A stretch of DNA of 64,000 nucleotides from the human T2T-CHM13v2.0 reference genome, Homo sapiens. The notes beneath the pieces were generated by a model. It saw only the letters and a list, made by a program, of their open reading frames with translations. It did not search any database and was not told the origin of the DNA. Both the position numbers and the translations under genes were made by a program. Every line of letters begins with the position of its first letter. Positions within the stretch are counted from its first letter, which is position 1. Location: NCBI RefSeq assembly GCF_009914755.1, contig NC_060929.1; one strand, written 5' to 3'. This document shows, in pieces, positions 1 to 14,689 of the stretch.

Positions 1-850
1 TGTAACTTACATATCTGATGAAGGATTTTTATCTAAAATGCATAAAAAACTCTCAAAGCACAATAACACAAGCAAATTAAAAATGGGCAAAATATTTAAG
101 CACATACCAAAGTAGACAATCACAAAATCCATATGACAATAACCCCACTATCATTAATAATTAGAGAAATGCAAATTGAAACTACAATAAGATATCAGTA
201 TGTACCTATTAGGATGAAACTCTCAAACTGTGAAATGAACAATGGTACAATGGCTTTAAAATGTTTTGGTAGTTTCTGAAAAAGTGAAACATACACTTAA
301 GATATGATCCAGCCATTCTACTTCAGGGCATTTACCCAGGAGAAATAAGGCAACTGTCCACACCAAGACTTATACATGAATGTTTAAGCAACTGTACTTA
401 TAATTGCCAGAAACTAGAAATAATCCAAATGCCCATTTGGACAAATAAATTCTGATATAAACATACAATGAAATACTGCTTCTTTGTAAAAGGGGATTGA
501 TTATTGGGCACATAACAAAGTGGATGAATTTCAAAATTATTATGGTGAGGGAAGGTAGCCAAACAAAAAGCACATACCCTGTAATTTCATTTACATAAAA
601 TTCTGGCAAATGCTGACTAATCTACAGTGACAGAAAACAGATCAATTGTTGTCTGGGATAAGAAAAAACAGAAATGGATTAAAACAAGTCATTATGAAAG
701 GTCAAAAGAAAATTCTGGGGTGTGATGTGTTCAGTATTTTGATTATGGAGATGGTTTTACAGGTATATAAATATGTCAAAACTTATCAAATTGTACATTT
801 TATGTAACTGCTGTTACAGTATGTCAATTAAACCTCAATACAGCTCTTAA
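1..850 (+). mobile_element. Old L1M (L1MC/L1ME-like) ORF2 3' end and 3' UTR
   Basis: Degenerate L1 motifs: aaaatgggcaaa, agagaaatgcaaattgaaactacaataagatatca, atatgatccagccattctac, tatgtcaaaacttatcaaattgtacatttta, ending aacctcaata. Confidence 0.8.
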
Positions 851-1458
851 GATTTTTAAAATCAAACAAAAGAAACATTTATTTTGGGATTTGAATATTA
901 TTGTATTAGGAATTTTACTAGAATAAAAACCTTTGTGTTTTCCATACCTTGACTAACTTCTTCCCAGGGTGAAGAAGTGATTTGTTTGATTGGTGAACTT
1001 CAGAGAAGAAAATTGTTCTGGTGGCTCAGCTCCTTCTGGATTCCCTCTTCCCGGATCTGCCTCCCACAGAGAGTATTCACTCTGGTCTTCCCTATGGCGT
1101 GCAGCAACAAACCTGGACTCTTAAAAAAATACATAAATAGCTCATATTATTTGCAATGAAATTTGCCCTTATTTATTTAACAAATATTTTCAAGTACTCA
1201 TTATGTATCATACATCGTTCCAAGCTTGAGAGATAGTACAGAGATTGTATTCTACCTTCATGAATACATTCTAACTGCAAGTGATTGACTGAATTATTGG
1301 ACCCAGTACTTCAGCATTTCTTATTTCTACCTAATTTTCCTTCCTTTATTTAGAAAAAGAAACAGTAATGAATATGTTGCATACCATCATTTCTTAGTTC
1401 CTCTGACTACAGCCCTCCGTTTGTACTCTTCCCTTGGTCTATGTCAGTGTTAATAAAA

Positions 1459-1645
1459 GAGTTGGTCTCAAACTTCATTGTGAAACCAATTAACCTAATT
1501 GTCTTGTTAAAACACAATTAATGGAACCTATACCTAGAATATTTGATTCAATAGATCTGGAGTGGAATGCAAGAATTTGCATTTTTAACAAGTTTCCAGG
1601 TGACACTAATGCTGCTGATCATGGAACACACATTGAGAGCCGCTG
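1459..1645. mobile_element. MER5A (hAT-Charlie) DNA transposon relic
   Basis: Core aagaatttgcatttttaacaagtttccaggtgacactaatgctgctg; degenerate TIRs gagttggtctc...gagagccgctg; ~190 bp. Confidence 0.85.
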
Positions 1646-1873
1646 TGTTAGAGGCAAGTCTACAGGTGCTCCTAGGAATTTAAGGCGAAGTTGAAGCTTA
1701 TGAAAGAAAGACTTAGACTGCTGTCAGAGCTGGCCCTACTCCTCCAGACTGTCTCCTATTGGAGCACTTTTCTAAAAATACCTTGATAACTCATGGTTTT
1801 TTTTTTCCTAAAAGGAGGTTAGTTCTTTAAATGTTTACTACCTACAAAGGTCATTATTGCTGACTCCAATGTG

Positions 1874-2457
<584 letters not shown>

Positions 2458-3391
2458 TGACAATTTTCAGCTTAGACAATTTCCACCCTCCCTTCTATTC
2501 ATTATTAACCAATTATTGTTACTATGTCATCTGCAAGGTGAGAGATCTTATTGGTGTAGATGGTGATAAGATAATATAGAACCAGACTGAGTTATAAAGA
2601 TTTTCAGAAAGTGCACCAGGAATGAAGCTCATTTGGGTGTACCTCCAGCTTGGAAAGTAAATGATTGTGGTGTGAGATATTGATTTATTACCCTAGAACC
2701 AAATCATCCTAACTTGGGTACTGTCTGTATCTATAAATAAGAGTTTTGTTTGGGTATCTAATATCTGAGTGAGATCTGTTTAAGATTAAGAAAGGAGAAG
2801 AAGGGTCAGCACTTGACTGAGTGTATGCAGACTTAGAGAGAAGAGGGTACCTTGCTGTCTCTCACCACAGACCCAGGCTAATGTGTCAAATATTGCAGTA
2901 AGAGGAGCCAAAGACAGTAGCTGCTAAGTTGGTTGAACTGTGATGTAATTGTAGACTTTCCTATTTGAATTTATAAACTACAAGTCTGTGGCATACCTTC
3001 TTCTTTTAATCCACAGGTATCCACCTGGCTCCTCCAGTCCAAGTTGAGAAAGTTTAGTGTTGTTCTTAAGCATCTGGCCATAATTTGCCATAATTCTTCC
3101 CTGTGTTCTGAAATTTGCCCTGTGCATTGAATTTTGATTCTTCTTGAATCATCTGGGTTTCCCTTAAAATGGATCTCTTATTTCTCATTATCAACTCTTT
3201 TTCTCTGGCAAGTAGACAAAATGTAGCAACCATGGATGACTGGCTGACCCGTGTCACTGTAGCAGAGTTCAACTTTAGTAATCAATAATATATTTTATCA
3301 GAGCTTCTTGCATGAATTAAGATGACAAGCCTATCACTTTCAAAATTGCTATATCATACATTTATCATCATTATTAAATGAAACAATAGTA

Positions 3392-3516
3392 TTTCAAATA
3401 ATACTAAGTTTCAAATACTAAGTTTCAATACTAAGTTTTCAATACTAAGTTTCAAATAATACTAAATTTCAAATACTAAGTTTCAAATACTAAGTTTCAA
3501 ATACTAAGTTTTAATA
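3392..3516. repeat. Minisatellite, ~14-bp unit TTTCAAATACTAAG, about 8-9 copies
   Basis: Directly visible tandem units with small indels. Confidence 0.9.
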
Positions 3517-5189
3517 TTTAAATTCTTGTGTGTGTGTGTGTATGCGCAGAAATCTGTTAATACTAAACTTTAAGTAGCTAAAAATGCTTTTTAAAATTCA
3601 AAACAATGTGTCATTACTCAATTCACTAAAAAGAGAAATTGTGTCTCAGGAAGGAATAAAGATAAAAATGAACAAAAGAAATCTTGTTTCAGGAAGAAAT
3701 AAAGATAAAACAAAAATATGAAATACAATCTAACTATTCCAAGCTAAGAAATAAGGGAAAGAAGCATTTTAAACTAAATATAATCCTCTCTCTCTTTCCC
3801 TCTCTCTCTATATCTCTAGAGAGATATATATATAGATATACATACATATTTTATATATGTATATAAAATATATATATACAAAAAACAAGTATTTGAAACC
3901 ATCAAGTTTAAATTTATTTTCATATACTTTATAAACTAAAAATTAAAATTACTAATGCTATAAAAGCATTTTCTTAATGAAAACTAATATTAACATTACA
4001 AATTATAATTTTTTTACATTCTAAAAATTCAACCTAACATGTTCACCTTGCCTAAGTTTTCTAATGAAAGGTAGGTAGGGATTATTGAACAGTGATCCAA
4101 CAACAAAAATTATAGTTATAGAAAACTTATTTCTGTGTACTAATATATCTTTATCTGATGTCTAGGGAAATCTACTAGAGTAGTAAATAATGATTAGCCA
4201 TTTGAATTACCATTGGAATTACCCAATTACTTTCTTATTACTAATAATTTGCCAATAAAAATTTGTGAAATACAACTCTCCGATACATAAGCATGTTACA
4301 TAACTGACAATAGCAAACGTCTAGAACAGACCTGTGTTCATCTGCTAAAATGGATGCTGGCTTCCTAGCAAGCTATTAACACTTAGCCAACACTATACCT
4401 CTGCCAGAGTCAGTGCTAGGACCTGAAGAAGAGTTAATCTAAGAACCAGCTGGAACAATCAGGGACTTTGTGACTTCTTACAGTATATTCTAGAGGTAAA
4501 AAATACGGTAAAGGCTAGAGGTAAAAAGCTTCCTAGACTCAAGAAATTTAATTTATTGGACACCACAGTGTTGTTATGATGAGAGTGTATAGTCTAAATC
4601 AAGGTTTGAAAAATCAGTTTTTTAGGTTGGAGGTGAATTTTATGTTTGTTGTTTTTCCCCTTCCTGGACTGCCACTTCTGCAGCCCATTCTCTTGGCATG
4701 CTAAGTTTTGTCCTTTTTTAGGTCCATGTTCACTAAGTGGGCAATGCATGGGGGTCTTCCTTACTGTTATAGTTGTAGTGGGATTTCCATATAGTTTCCA
4801 TAAGTTTTCTGTACTGAAGCTAAAGAAGACCATTAAAAGTCACTGGGGTAAAAGTTTTTCAGGCAAAATTAATGCTTGAACAGGGACTTGATAATTAGCC
4901 TCAAACTCTACTAAATAGACTTCTTGTAGCCTTACCAAAGTTAGTAATGACTAAACGTAGATTTCTCATTTGTAATTTTTCTAAATATACTGTACATTCA
5001 TCATATTCATGAAGGCATCCTCATATCCAGCCACATAAAGCTGACACAAAACAAAAGAATGAAAAATTTGTACATTGCCAAAATAGGTGTCAAATTCAGT
5101 AAGTACTAATACCAAAATATTTTATTATTAATTACTCAAAACATACTTATTTTTGTATAAACAAGGTAGAAATAATCATAATTCCTTAG

Positions 5190-5313
5190 TCATCTTATCC
5201 TTCTATAAAGCATGCTATATAAAGAGGGTGGCTTAAACAATATGTACTTCTCACAGTTCTGGAGGCTGGGAAGCCCCACCATCTGGGAGCAAGCCAATTT
5301 GGTGTATGGTGAC
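5190..5313 (-). mobile_element. MLT1 (MaLR) LTR fragment
   Basis: gggtggcttaaacaa...ttctcacagttctggaggctgggaag motif. Confidence 0.7.
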
Positions 5314-5419
5314 ATCAGAAGTAAAGTGTGAGTGCAAGAAGCAATGGTATACAGAAAATTGATGCTGAAAGATATATTAATATAAACATTAATAGCATAG
5401 ACAAGAGTTAAAATATTTA

Positions 5420-6405
5420 CTACTGGACATAAAATATAGAATTAAAATTGAAGACATAAAATTTCTACTTGCGATATTATAAAAATGCAAAGTAAACTCA
5501 CAGTAAGCATAAGGAAGGGATAAAACTTAATAAAAAATAATGAGTTGGAAAATAAAAATAAATTAGAGGATTGATGAAGTAAAGTTACAGTATGTTGAAA
5601 AGACTAATAGTGGATAAATATTTTGCATATTTGATTCCAAAAAATAAATATAAAAGTAGAAAATAAAGATTCATAAGAGATTAACAAGATAATAAAAGAA
5701 TATTGTGAGATATTCCATGTCAATTATTTGAAAATGAAGTGCTATGGTTTGAATATTTATCCCCTCAAAACTTATATCAAAGATGAGTTGGTTGAACATT
5801 AGAAAATTCATTAATATAGTTTATTTTACTTATACATTAAAGAAGAAAAAAAATTCTCTATTTTTAAATACTGAATATAGAATCTGATCACATTTTAAAT
5901 TAAAATTTTTAATAAATTATAAATTTAAGGGAATTACTTTAATTAAGACTACGAGTAAAAGTTCTTAAGGCATTGTAATACACAATGGTGGAAAGTTAGA
6001 AGCATTTTATTAAACTAAGTCTAGAACAAGTTTATTTGTTTTTACTACTTTTGCTCAATATTGTACCTGAAGTCCTAATCTACATAAAAAAGTAATAAAA
6101 GCAAATTAAACATATAAGGATTAAAATGAAAAATTATTCTTATTTGAAGATGATACAACATCTTATATACCAGACAAAAGATAATTCACAGATAAATTAT
6201 TAAATATGTATAAGGGAGGTAAGCAGTTACCTAATATGAATTTTTAAAATTTTCTATATACCTTCAAGAAACAGCTAGAAAATAAGTTTATAAATATCAT
6301 TTGTAATAAGAATAAAAATGTAAAGCACATAGGAAGAATTGAAGATATGTAAGCTCTTTAAGGAGAAAATGAAGGAAGTTTATAATACAATATAAGAAAG
6401 ACCTA
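5420..6405 (+). mobile_element. Highly degraded L1M ORF2 fragments
   Basis: A-rich; RT-region remnants such as aaaattcattaatatagt, ctcaatattgtacctgaagtccta, ttatttgaagatgatac. Confidence 0.65.
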
Positions 6406-6414
6406 ATAGCAAGG

Positions 6415-8250
6415 TTCCAGTTTGTTGGGTGGCCGTAAACAATGGAAATTTACTCTTTCACAGTCCTGGAGATAGAAGTCCAAAATTAGGGCATCAGTGG
6501 GGAAATGTTCTCTCTGAGACTCTAGGTCTAATATTTCTTGCCTCTTTCTAGCTTCTGGTGGTGGCTGTCAAACTTTGGCACTCATCCATCTGCAGTTGCA
6601 TCACACCATTCTCTGCCTCTTTTGTCAGATGACATTCTCTCTGTCTCTTCTCACAAAGCTGCCAGTCAGATTGGATTAAGGATCCACCTTACTTCAGTAT
6701 GAACTGATCTTAACTAATTACACCTGCAACAACCAACAGCCCAGTTTCCAAATCAGGTCACATCCTGGGGCGCTAGAGGTTAGTATTTCAACATACCATT
6801 TCGGAGGACACAATTTAACCCATAACAGTGTGCTCTCTAACACTCCAAAATTCATGTCCTTCTGATATGCAAATTACACTTATCCCATGCCAACATCGCT
6901 GGAAACTGTAGCTCATTCCAACACAACTGTAAGTCCAAAATTTCATCTAAATATTATCAATTCAAAGAGTCCTAAATATCATCATCTGAAACATTAGATA
7001 CAAGGGCTCTTTCCTGGATAATCACATCCCTATTCCTGGCTTCTGCTGAGAGGGTTGATTGAATTCGCGAGTTACATGCCAATCATTTTAGTAAATGGTT
7101 GCCCAGTCACACCCTTGGCTCTGTTGCCAGAGCACACTATCTGAAGAGGCTAATCATTTTCCAAATTATCAACTGCTGGTTTCCTCTGACTTGACTTAAA
7201 TCATTTCCTAATTTATTCTCACATTTTCCTAAAACAAAAACAAGAAACCATGTTGCATCTTCCATACTTTGCTCAGCTAAATATCCAAGTGCATTACCTA
7301 CAAGTTCTACTATCCACCTAACAGAAGAACATAATTCAGCCAAGTCCTCTGCTACTTTATAACAAGAATCACTTTTCTTCCATTGTCCAATAACATGTCC
7401 CTCATTCCCATTTGAAACTTGACCACAAACACCTTTAACTTTCATATTTTTCATAACATGTGGCTTGTGATGATCTATGTTTTTTTTTCTATTTTTTCTA
7501 CTTTTAAAACTGTTTTTAATGTTTTTATTTCAATAGGTTTTGGGGGAACAGGTAGTATTTGGTTACATGAATAAGTCCTTTAGTGGTGATTTCTGAGATT
7601 TTGGTGCACCCAACACCTGAACAGTGTACCCTGTACCCAATATGCAGTCTTTTGTGCCTCCCCACCCCCCACCCTTTCCCCCGAGTCCCCGAAGTCCAAT
7701 GTATATCATTCTTATGCCTTTGCGGATGTACGTATTCTTTAAAATCATAGAAGCTTTCTTTACCGCTTTCCTCACTTCTTTCTGAGCACTCACAGGATTC
7801 ACTTGTAATGTCCACATTCCTACCAACAATTTCTTCAGGGCAATCTAGGGTTTTTACTACCAAATGCCTCAAAATGCTTCCAAGATCCTACCAATTACTT
7901 ACTTCAAAGCCACTTTTATATTTTAGTTATCGTTACATCAGTCCCTGTCATTCCAGTGCCAGCATCTTTATTAATTTCCTAACACTGCAGTGACAAAGTA
8001 CCGTAAACTGGGTGCCTTAAAACAACAGAAATTTATTTTCTTGCCATTCTGGAAACGAGCACTTTGAAATCAAGGTGTCAGCAGAGGCATTCTACCTCTG
8101 AAACTCTAAAGAGAATGTTTACTTGTCTCTTTTGCTAAGTGGAAGCCCCAGTTCTTGTGTTCCCTACCTTGAAGCTGAGTTACTACAATCTCTGCTTCTG
8201 TCGGCAGATGGCATTCTCCATGTGCGTTTCCGTATCCATATTTCCTGCTA
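6415..8250 (-). mobile_element. MLT1C/D-like MaLR element with LTR-internal-LTR arrangement
   Basis: LTR ~6415-6827 ending gacacaatttaacccataaca; MLT-int motifs (ccaaaattcatgtccttc, aattcagccaagtcctctgctactttataacaag); second LTR from ~7968 (aaactgggtgccttaaaacaacagaaatttatt). Confidence 0.75.
7480..7724 (-). mobile_element. L1PB1-like 3' end inserted into MLT1 internal region
   Basis: T-rich tail then caataggttttgggggaacagg...tttagtggtgatttctgagattttggtgcacc. Confidence 0.85.
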
Positions 8251-8353
8251 TTTACTAGGCGCTTACCCATCTCAGACTCAGAATCCAAATGTTTTAAGAA
8301 AGGGATTCTTAATTTAGCCTCTCAGCCTGTGCACAAAATTTGAAAGAAATCTA

Positions 8354-8890
8354 TGTTGACTATTAAAAGCTGATCAGGTAAAGACCACCAGAAACAAATC
8401 TATAGTCTGACAAGATCAGATTTATTGGCTCAATGCAGCAAGGGATAGCAGTCCAGAGGAATTAGGAATGCTACTTGACAAGAGGAAGGAGGGTGTCCTT
8501 TTGTAAGGCTTTGGTTCATTCTGAATAACCTGGGAGTTAACCCAAGAGAGAGAACCCAAGAGAAGTAGGAAATCAGTATGAAATGTTTGTTATTTCTGAG
8601 AAAAGATCAGGATACATGAGATAAGCTAAGGATTGAGTATTAGAATGTGGTAGGGGCCAGCTTAGCAACTGAGTATCCCCAGTAATAGATGGGTATAGAA
8701 AAACGAATTTGGTGGCATCATTGATAATAAAGCAATAATCACTCAAAGAGGGGATTGTTTTGGCATTCTCCAGCTGCAATATAACTTGCCTAGGGGAAAA
8801 ATAATGTTTCCTGTTAACTTTGCAGCTGACTTAGTATCTGTGTCTGTTCTCCCAGACTGATTAATTGCAGGGCTGCTTTTTTCTTTTTCA
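8354..8890 (-). mobile_element. Probable old ERV solo LTR, family unassigned
   Basis: TG...CA bounded ~540 bp, minus-strand AATAAA near 8420, LTR-like composition. Confidence 0.4.
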
Positions 8891-10146
8891 GTCTAAGTTG
8901 ATTTTTCTCTCTTTCAGTCTGGAAACATTTTTACTCTTTCATGACCAAAATTCAATATGGTATGGATTGTTGTCCACCATCCTAAATTTTGTCCAAAGAT
9001 CACTGCATTTGTCAGTTCCTTCATAGATAATGCTTCTTTAGAGTTGTTTTCAAAGAAGAGTTCTGTTTTATCTCTTCTGACTTTTGTTGTTTTCTTTGGT
9101 TGGTTTTGGGGAGGAGAGTTAAGAAATATTATACTCCCCCATACTTCACTCAATGAAGAAATTATTTTAAACGAGTACAAGTTTATCAAATGTAATCTTA
9201 GTAAACATTTATTCACTACAGGGTGACTTTGATAGAATGCCACATGATATGATCAGTCAACAACTAAGGTTAAAAATAAAACAAAACCCTAAACTGCGTA
9301 ATGGAACACTTAGTTATTTTGTCAACATATGTGTGTAATTTTTGATTGACATATTAGATTATGTCTCTATACAAATAACACCGGTTTGGAAAATAATTTA
9401 ATCAATTAATCAGTTATTTTCATGTAATCTGTGTTTTCCAAGAATAGGTAAATGTTAGTGTACTATTCCCTTGCCTAAGAAGATCCCCCTCACTCAAAAA
9501 GAAAATTTTAAACAGTGAATATCAAAAGTTATCAGTTATAGGGCAATCTCAAGGAGATCCATGCAGATTATTTTAAAGGTGTTTGTGGATCACAAAAGCA
9601 TAAGATGGAATTTGATTTTATAAAGCATAGTTTAAAGACCATGCAACCTAATACTTCAACATAAATGCTAGAAAAACAGCAATGTAATTGAAAAGGGATC
9701 TTTAAAATTAATGGAAATTATGTTTACTAAAAAAATTATTTTAATGCAGATAAAGAAAACCCACATGTCCTTAAACATGTAATGAAATTGCTAGCTGTAA
9801 AACACTTCCCTTCATTTATACCTGTGAACTTCATTGTCCAGTACATTCATAAAACAAATATTTTTTAAAATTTAATACAAACTTCTTTGAATTGGCATCG
9901 TGTTTCTGGGAAATGCTGTGGTTGTAACATTTTTTTTTCACAAAAGCAATTACTGTGAGTACATTTTACAAGTAACAAATAGAAAAAGGTATATAGTCAC
10001 AACGTGGTTTAAATGTTTATTTACACAAAATTAAAATAGCAGTAATAACAAGCAAATCAATCCTGTAAATTAAACGAAGGCCAGCCCAGGAAGATACTTA
10101 GTGGGGGGAAAACATACACTCTTAAAAATGGAAGCCTCCCTCCACC

Positions 10147-10187
10147 AAAAAAAAAAAAAAAAAAAAAAAAAGAAGAAGAAGAAGAAG
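10147..10187. repeat. Poly(A) run followed by (GAA)n
   Basis: Directly visible. Confidence 0.9.
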
Positions 10188-10887
10188 CCCATCTTTTAAA
10201 AAGAGTTGAGCTAAACATAGAAAAGAGAAGGCATGACCAATAAAAGGGTGGGTTAAAAGAGGAATTATGGAAAGAAATTATATTTTTTTAAACTGTGTAT
10301 TACCAAGACTAATACATACATAACACCAGATAAAGGTCTTATCATAATTGCATCATTGGTATGAACTTTTTCAAGCAGAGTTCTAAAATAATTTTTGATG
10401 GAGAAATTTGCTTACAACATATACAACATATAAACTCAACTGGAATCCACCAGTTTTTAAAAAATGAAATAATCCTTTAAGGATATAAAGAATTCCAAAA
10501 TCTTGTAAAGCCCTAAAAAATTAGAAATCTGATAGAATATTAAACTTTAGCAAAATATGTTTTAAGTCAGTTTAACAACAAAGTTATTTTCCAGTTTTAA
10601 ACTATTTAAGTTATCTGGTTACCAATATGATGAAATGTTCCTCTTTACTATGGGTGCTATGTTTTGCCCCCTGAATTCTATTATTAGTGTATGTTTGTGA
10701 TATATTTTCCCATCATTTTACTTTTAACCAAATATCTATTTAAGTGTATCTCTTGTAAACATTATGGTCTTCCAAAGGTTTGATCTCTTTAAAGACAGAC
10801 ATTCTGATGATTATCATGGAGAGTTTGGGGGTTTATGTTCTGAGCTGGAATGTAATCATAGATCTTTTGGCAGAGTGGTCAGCTTTT

Positions 10888-11090
10888 ACACATAGAGTGG
10901 AACAACAGACACTGGGGCCTATCAGAGGCTGGACAGTGAGAAGAGAGAGAGGATCAGGAAAAATAAGTAAAGTGTACTAAGCTTAATGCCCAGATGATGA
11001 AATAATCTGTACAACAAACCCCCATGATACAAGTTTACCTATATAACAAACCTGAACATGTACTCCTGAATTTAAAAGTTTAAAAAAAAG
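10888..11090 (+). mobile_element. Older L1PA (PA11-PA15-like) 3' end
   Basis: ggatcaggaaaaata...gatgaaataatctgtacaacaaacccccatgatacaagtttacc followed by A-tail. Confidence 0.85.
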
Positions 11091-13187
11091 AAAAGTGAAC
11101 CACGTACCATATTTTTTACTTAATGCAGTGAATAGCAGTGGATGCAACCATACCCAGTAGTCAACCTGTCCCCTCAATTTAAAACATTCTTGTTATTTTC
11201 AATATTCTATGGGAAATGAAACACTCACAAAATCTGATTCCATTTAAAGAGAGAATTAAGTCTCACTCTCACCTTTCCTGCTTCCTCCAAATATTCCAGG
11301 ACTCAGCCTCAGTCATTCTTCTTGATCATTTGTCAGACAAGAAAATGCTGGGGGAGATTAACTGGCATATCTGAGCTAATAAGTCAGACTCCAGTGTGAA
11401 AATTGCACTCCCTGCCCCTAATTCAGGACAATTTCCTTCAAGACTATTACATTTCTCCTCTACTCCACCTGAAAAATGTTGTAGAGTCCTGTTACTAAAG
11501 CATCCTATTGCCCCTCCCCAAACCTGGAAACACACATACAAACCTACACTCATTTACCATTATTGTTTTTAACACTAAGCAAGAAAAGTGCAGCTATCTA
11601 AGTCACTCCAGACATCATCACCACTCTTGGTAAAATTGATCTCAAAGCTTGGCCTTAGTCATGTATTCTTGAAAATGGAGGATAAATTCAACTATCAGTT
11701 TTCCTAATTGTTTTCCACAGGTCAGAGCTCAAAATTCTTATCTCAGATAGATATTTGTGTGTGGATTTTGTGTGTGTGTGTGAGAGAGAGAGATGATTGT
11801 TTTCTGATAAATTGGTGTTTGAATGTGAATACACTCCTAAAGTGATATATAAAATACTTTTTGTCATCATTGCTGGATAGCAGGCACTATGCTTGTTCGT
11901 GTTGAAGATACAATGTTAGCAGTACGTAGTTTCCTCAAATAAGTTAAACTCCAAAACTGACATTGTTAGGCAATTATAGAAAAAACTGTAATTCTAAACA
12001 GAAGATAAGGTCTTCGATAAATAAGTGTACACAAATGCAAACAATACCAGGAACATAAGGAATGGCTTTATGAAGAATCATCATTGGATGCTTTTATCCA
12101 CATAGTAATATTCAAAGATACACAAAAGGGAGGTGAGGAGGTGATTATTATTCCCACCTTATAAATGACAGTGCTAAAACTCAGAGAATCCAGTTGCTTA
12201 GCTCATGTTTATCCAGCTAAGGAGTAAAGGAATCATTTTTCCAACTCAAGTTATAAAAATTCAAATACCAACTATGTATTATCTTTTAGAGCACTAACTT
12301 CTATTTCTAGCCAGCTAATGGGCTTAAACTAAATTATTTTTAAAAATCCTATGATTACGGCATCCTCTGGTGAAAACGAAAGTATTTTTATAGTTATGAT
12401 CCTATGTCTTTTATTAAGTCCATTCAAGTTTCGACATTTGTCATATACCAAAATAATTCTAGAAGTTTCCATTGGTAAACTACACAGGAAGCAAATAGGA
12501 ATTGTGCCTTCCACAAAGAAACTATGAAATCATTTTTCCTAGGCAATCTATGACTCAGAAAACCATATCCAAATATTTCATTTTGGAAGATTGACATTAG
12601 ATAAACAATAAGCGGTGCAGGAAGGAATCCAATAGTAGGCAAATGGCCATGTGATTTTTTGTGTGTTTTTTTTTCTGTTAATTTAGTGCTTTATTTGGAG
12701 CTCCTTATTGCAGTTGTAATAAGAAACTGGTGCTGCTGCTTCATGTGTGGGTGATTATGGGGGAAGATGGCTGTCAAAAGTAGAAGATGCCCACGAGATG
12801 TCTGAAAATATAAAACTGCTTGTTGCAAAGTGATTGCTAGGGTGTATCTGCCATGTACAGGCTACCCAGTTGCTAGTCACTAAAATTTGAATGAGACAGT
12901 CATATTGAAATGTAGTATTGAAAACAAGCTTTTAATTTTAATTAACTACATTAACTGAATTTTTCTAATTCTTCAAAGTAGAAATGTAAAAATTGCTGGT
13001 TACATATAACACTGCTTGTATTCACCATTATTCAATTATTAGCACATAAAGCACTTACTCAATTTGCTACTATTTAAAATATCACAAAACTGCCTTGTGC
13101 TTGTGATGTGTTAATACTAATAATTTATTCATTAGTCATTTGCACATACAGATATTGTTTACATTTCTAAAAAATATCTAGGTATAC

Positions 13188-13673
13188 TGAGCCAGTAGAA
13201 TAGGGCCTGGAGGCAGGGAACCTAAGGACTTCCTAGAGCTAAATTAAATGTAAAACCCCAACCTTGTAAGCCCAATAACTATGTAACTCGACTTGAACTA
13301 TGGCAGGACACATCCTCTTCATTTGCATAGATTGTACACCAAGTAAATAACTTTGTAACCTCACTTCATCCTCTTCATTTGCATAGAGTGTACACCAAGT
13401 AAATAGCTTTGTACCTTTACCTCATCCTCTTCACTTACATAAGGCATACACCAGGTAACAAATAGAAACCTCTAGAGGGTATTTAAACCCCAGAAAGTTC
13501 TGTAACCAGGCTCTTGAACCCCTATGCTCGGCCCGTTCCCACCCTGTGGAGTATACCTTCGTTTTCAATAAATCTCTGCTTTTGTTGCTTCATTCTTTCC
13601 TTGCTTTGTTTGTGCATTTTGTCCAATTCTTTTTTCAAGATGCCAAGAACCTGGACACTCTCCAACAGTAAGA
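13188..13673 (+). mobile_element. MER51-like ERV1 solo LTR
   Basis: Starts tgag..agaatagggcctggaggcagggaacctaagg; internal 56-bp repeats; TATA-like tatttaa and AATAAA; 4-bp TSD ATAC at 13184-13187 and 13674-13677. Confidence 0.85.
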
Positions 13674-13964
13674 ATACTAGGCTATCAATGTTGTGGTAAA
13701 ATTGTATGTATTCACAAAAATTCTGAAATAATCACAAGTAAATTTTACACTTGTACAGGGAGATAAATGAATGTGATAAATATATTATCTGACTAAAATT
13801 ATGCAGGACTTACAGGACTACTAAAATTTTCTTTGTGATTCCAATAATATATAAAAGAAGTAGACAAGTATAAAGTAACTGGTAGGAAGCACTATCACCC
13901 TATCCTGTAAAAAAATAGGGATTTTAGAAAAATTAAGAAATATAATGACTATCTGAAAATAATC

Positions 13965-14252
13965 TTATAGCTCCAAAATCATCTCCTTTGACTCCATGCT
14001 CCACATCCAGGGGGCACTGATGAAACGGGTGCACTCCCAACATCTTGGGCAGCTCTCCCCTATGGCTTTGCAAAGTGCAGCCCCTGTGACTGCTCTTACA
14101 AGTTGGAGGTGAGTGCCTGTGGCTTTTTCAAATGCAGAGTGCAAGATGCTGGTGGATCTACCATGCTGGGGTCAGGAAGGCAGTGGCCCTCTTTCCACAG
14201 CTCCACTAGGCATGCCCCAGAAGGGAGTCTGTGTAGAGGTTCCAACCCCACT
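13965..14252 (-). mobile_element. MST/THE1 internal fragment
   Basis: gctccaaaatcatctcctttgactccatg, ctggtggatctaccat, ccacagctccactaggca. Confidence 0.8.
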
Positions 14253-14254
14253 TC

Positions 14255-14682
14255 AGCATGATTCAGTACAAGACTCAAAACCAGGGAAGCCAACAGTGCA
14301 GCCATTAGTTTGAAACCTAAAGCCTAAGAGCCCCCAAGAGGCGAATGGTGCAAATCCCAGATCCTAAAGGATGAAGATCTCTGGAGTCCGATGTCTAAGG
14401 GCAGGAAGAGAAGCAGCAAATATCTGACACAAGGAAAGAGAGAGAGCAAGAGGCCCAGCAAGCTGCATATACCTTCTTCTACCTACTGTGTTCTAGCCAC
14501 ACTGGCAGCTGACTGGATGGTATCCACCAACATCGAGGGCAGGTCTTCGTCTCTCATTGTGCTCTCTCAAATGTCAGTGCCCTCTGGCAACACCCTTATA
14601 GACACATGCAGAAACAATCCTTGATCAGCCATCTAGGCATTCCTCAATCCAGTCAAGTTGACACCTAGTATTAACTATCACA
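14255..14682 (-). mobile_element. MLT2 (ERVL) LTR
   Basis: ctggagtccgatgtc, cagctgactggatgg, ends aatccagtcaagttgacacctagtattaactatcaca. Confidence 0.85.
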
Positions 14683-14689
14683 GTGACCA

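Noticed and set aside
2530-3080. Possible old LTR
   Set aside because: Could not recognise family or termini with confidence
3392-3516. CRISPR-like array
   Set aside because: Head-to-tail units with no spacers, in eukaryotic context
10147-10187. Orphan poly(A) as a retroinsertion
   Set aside because: No TSD or upstream element body found
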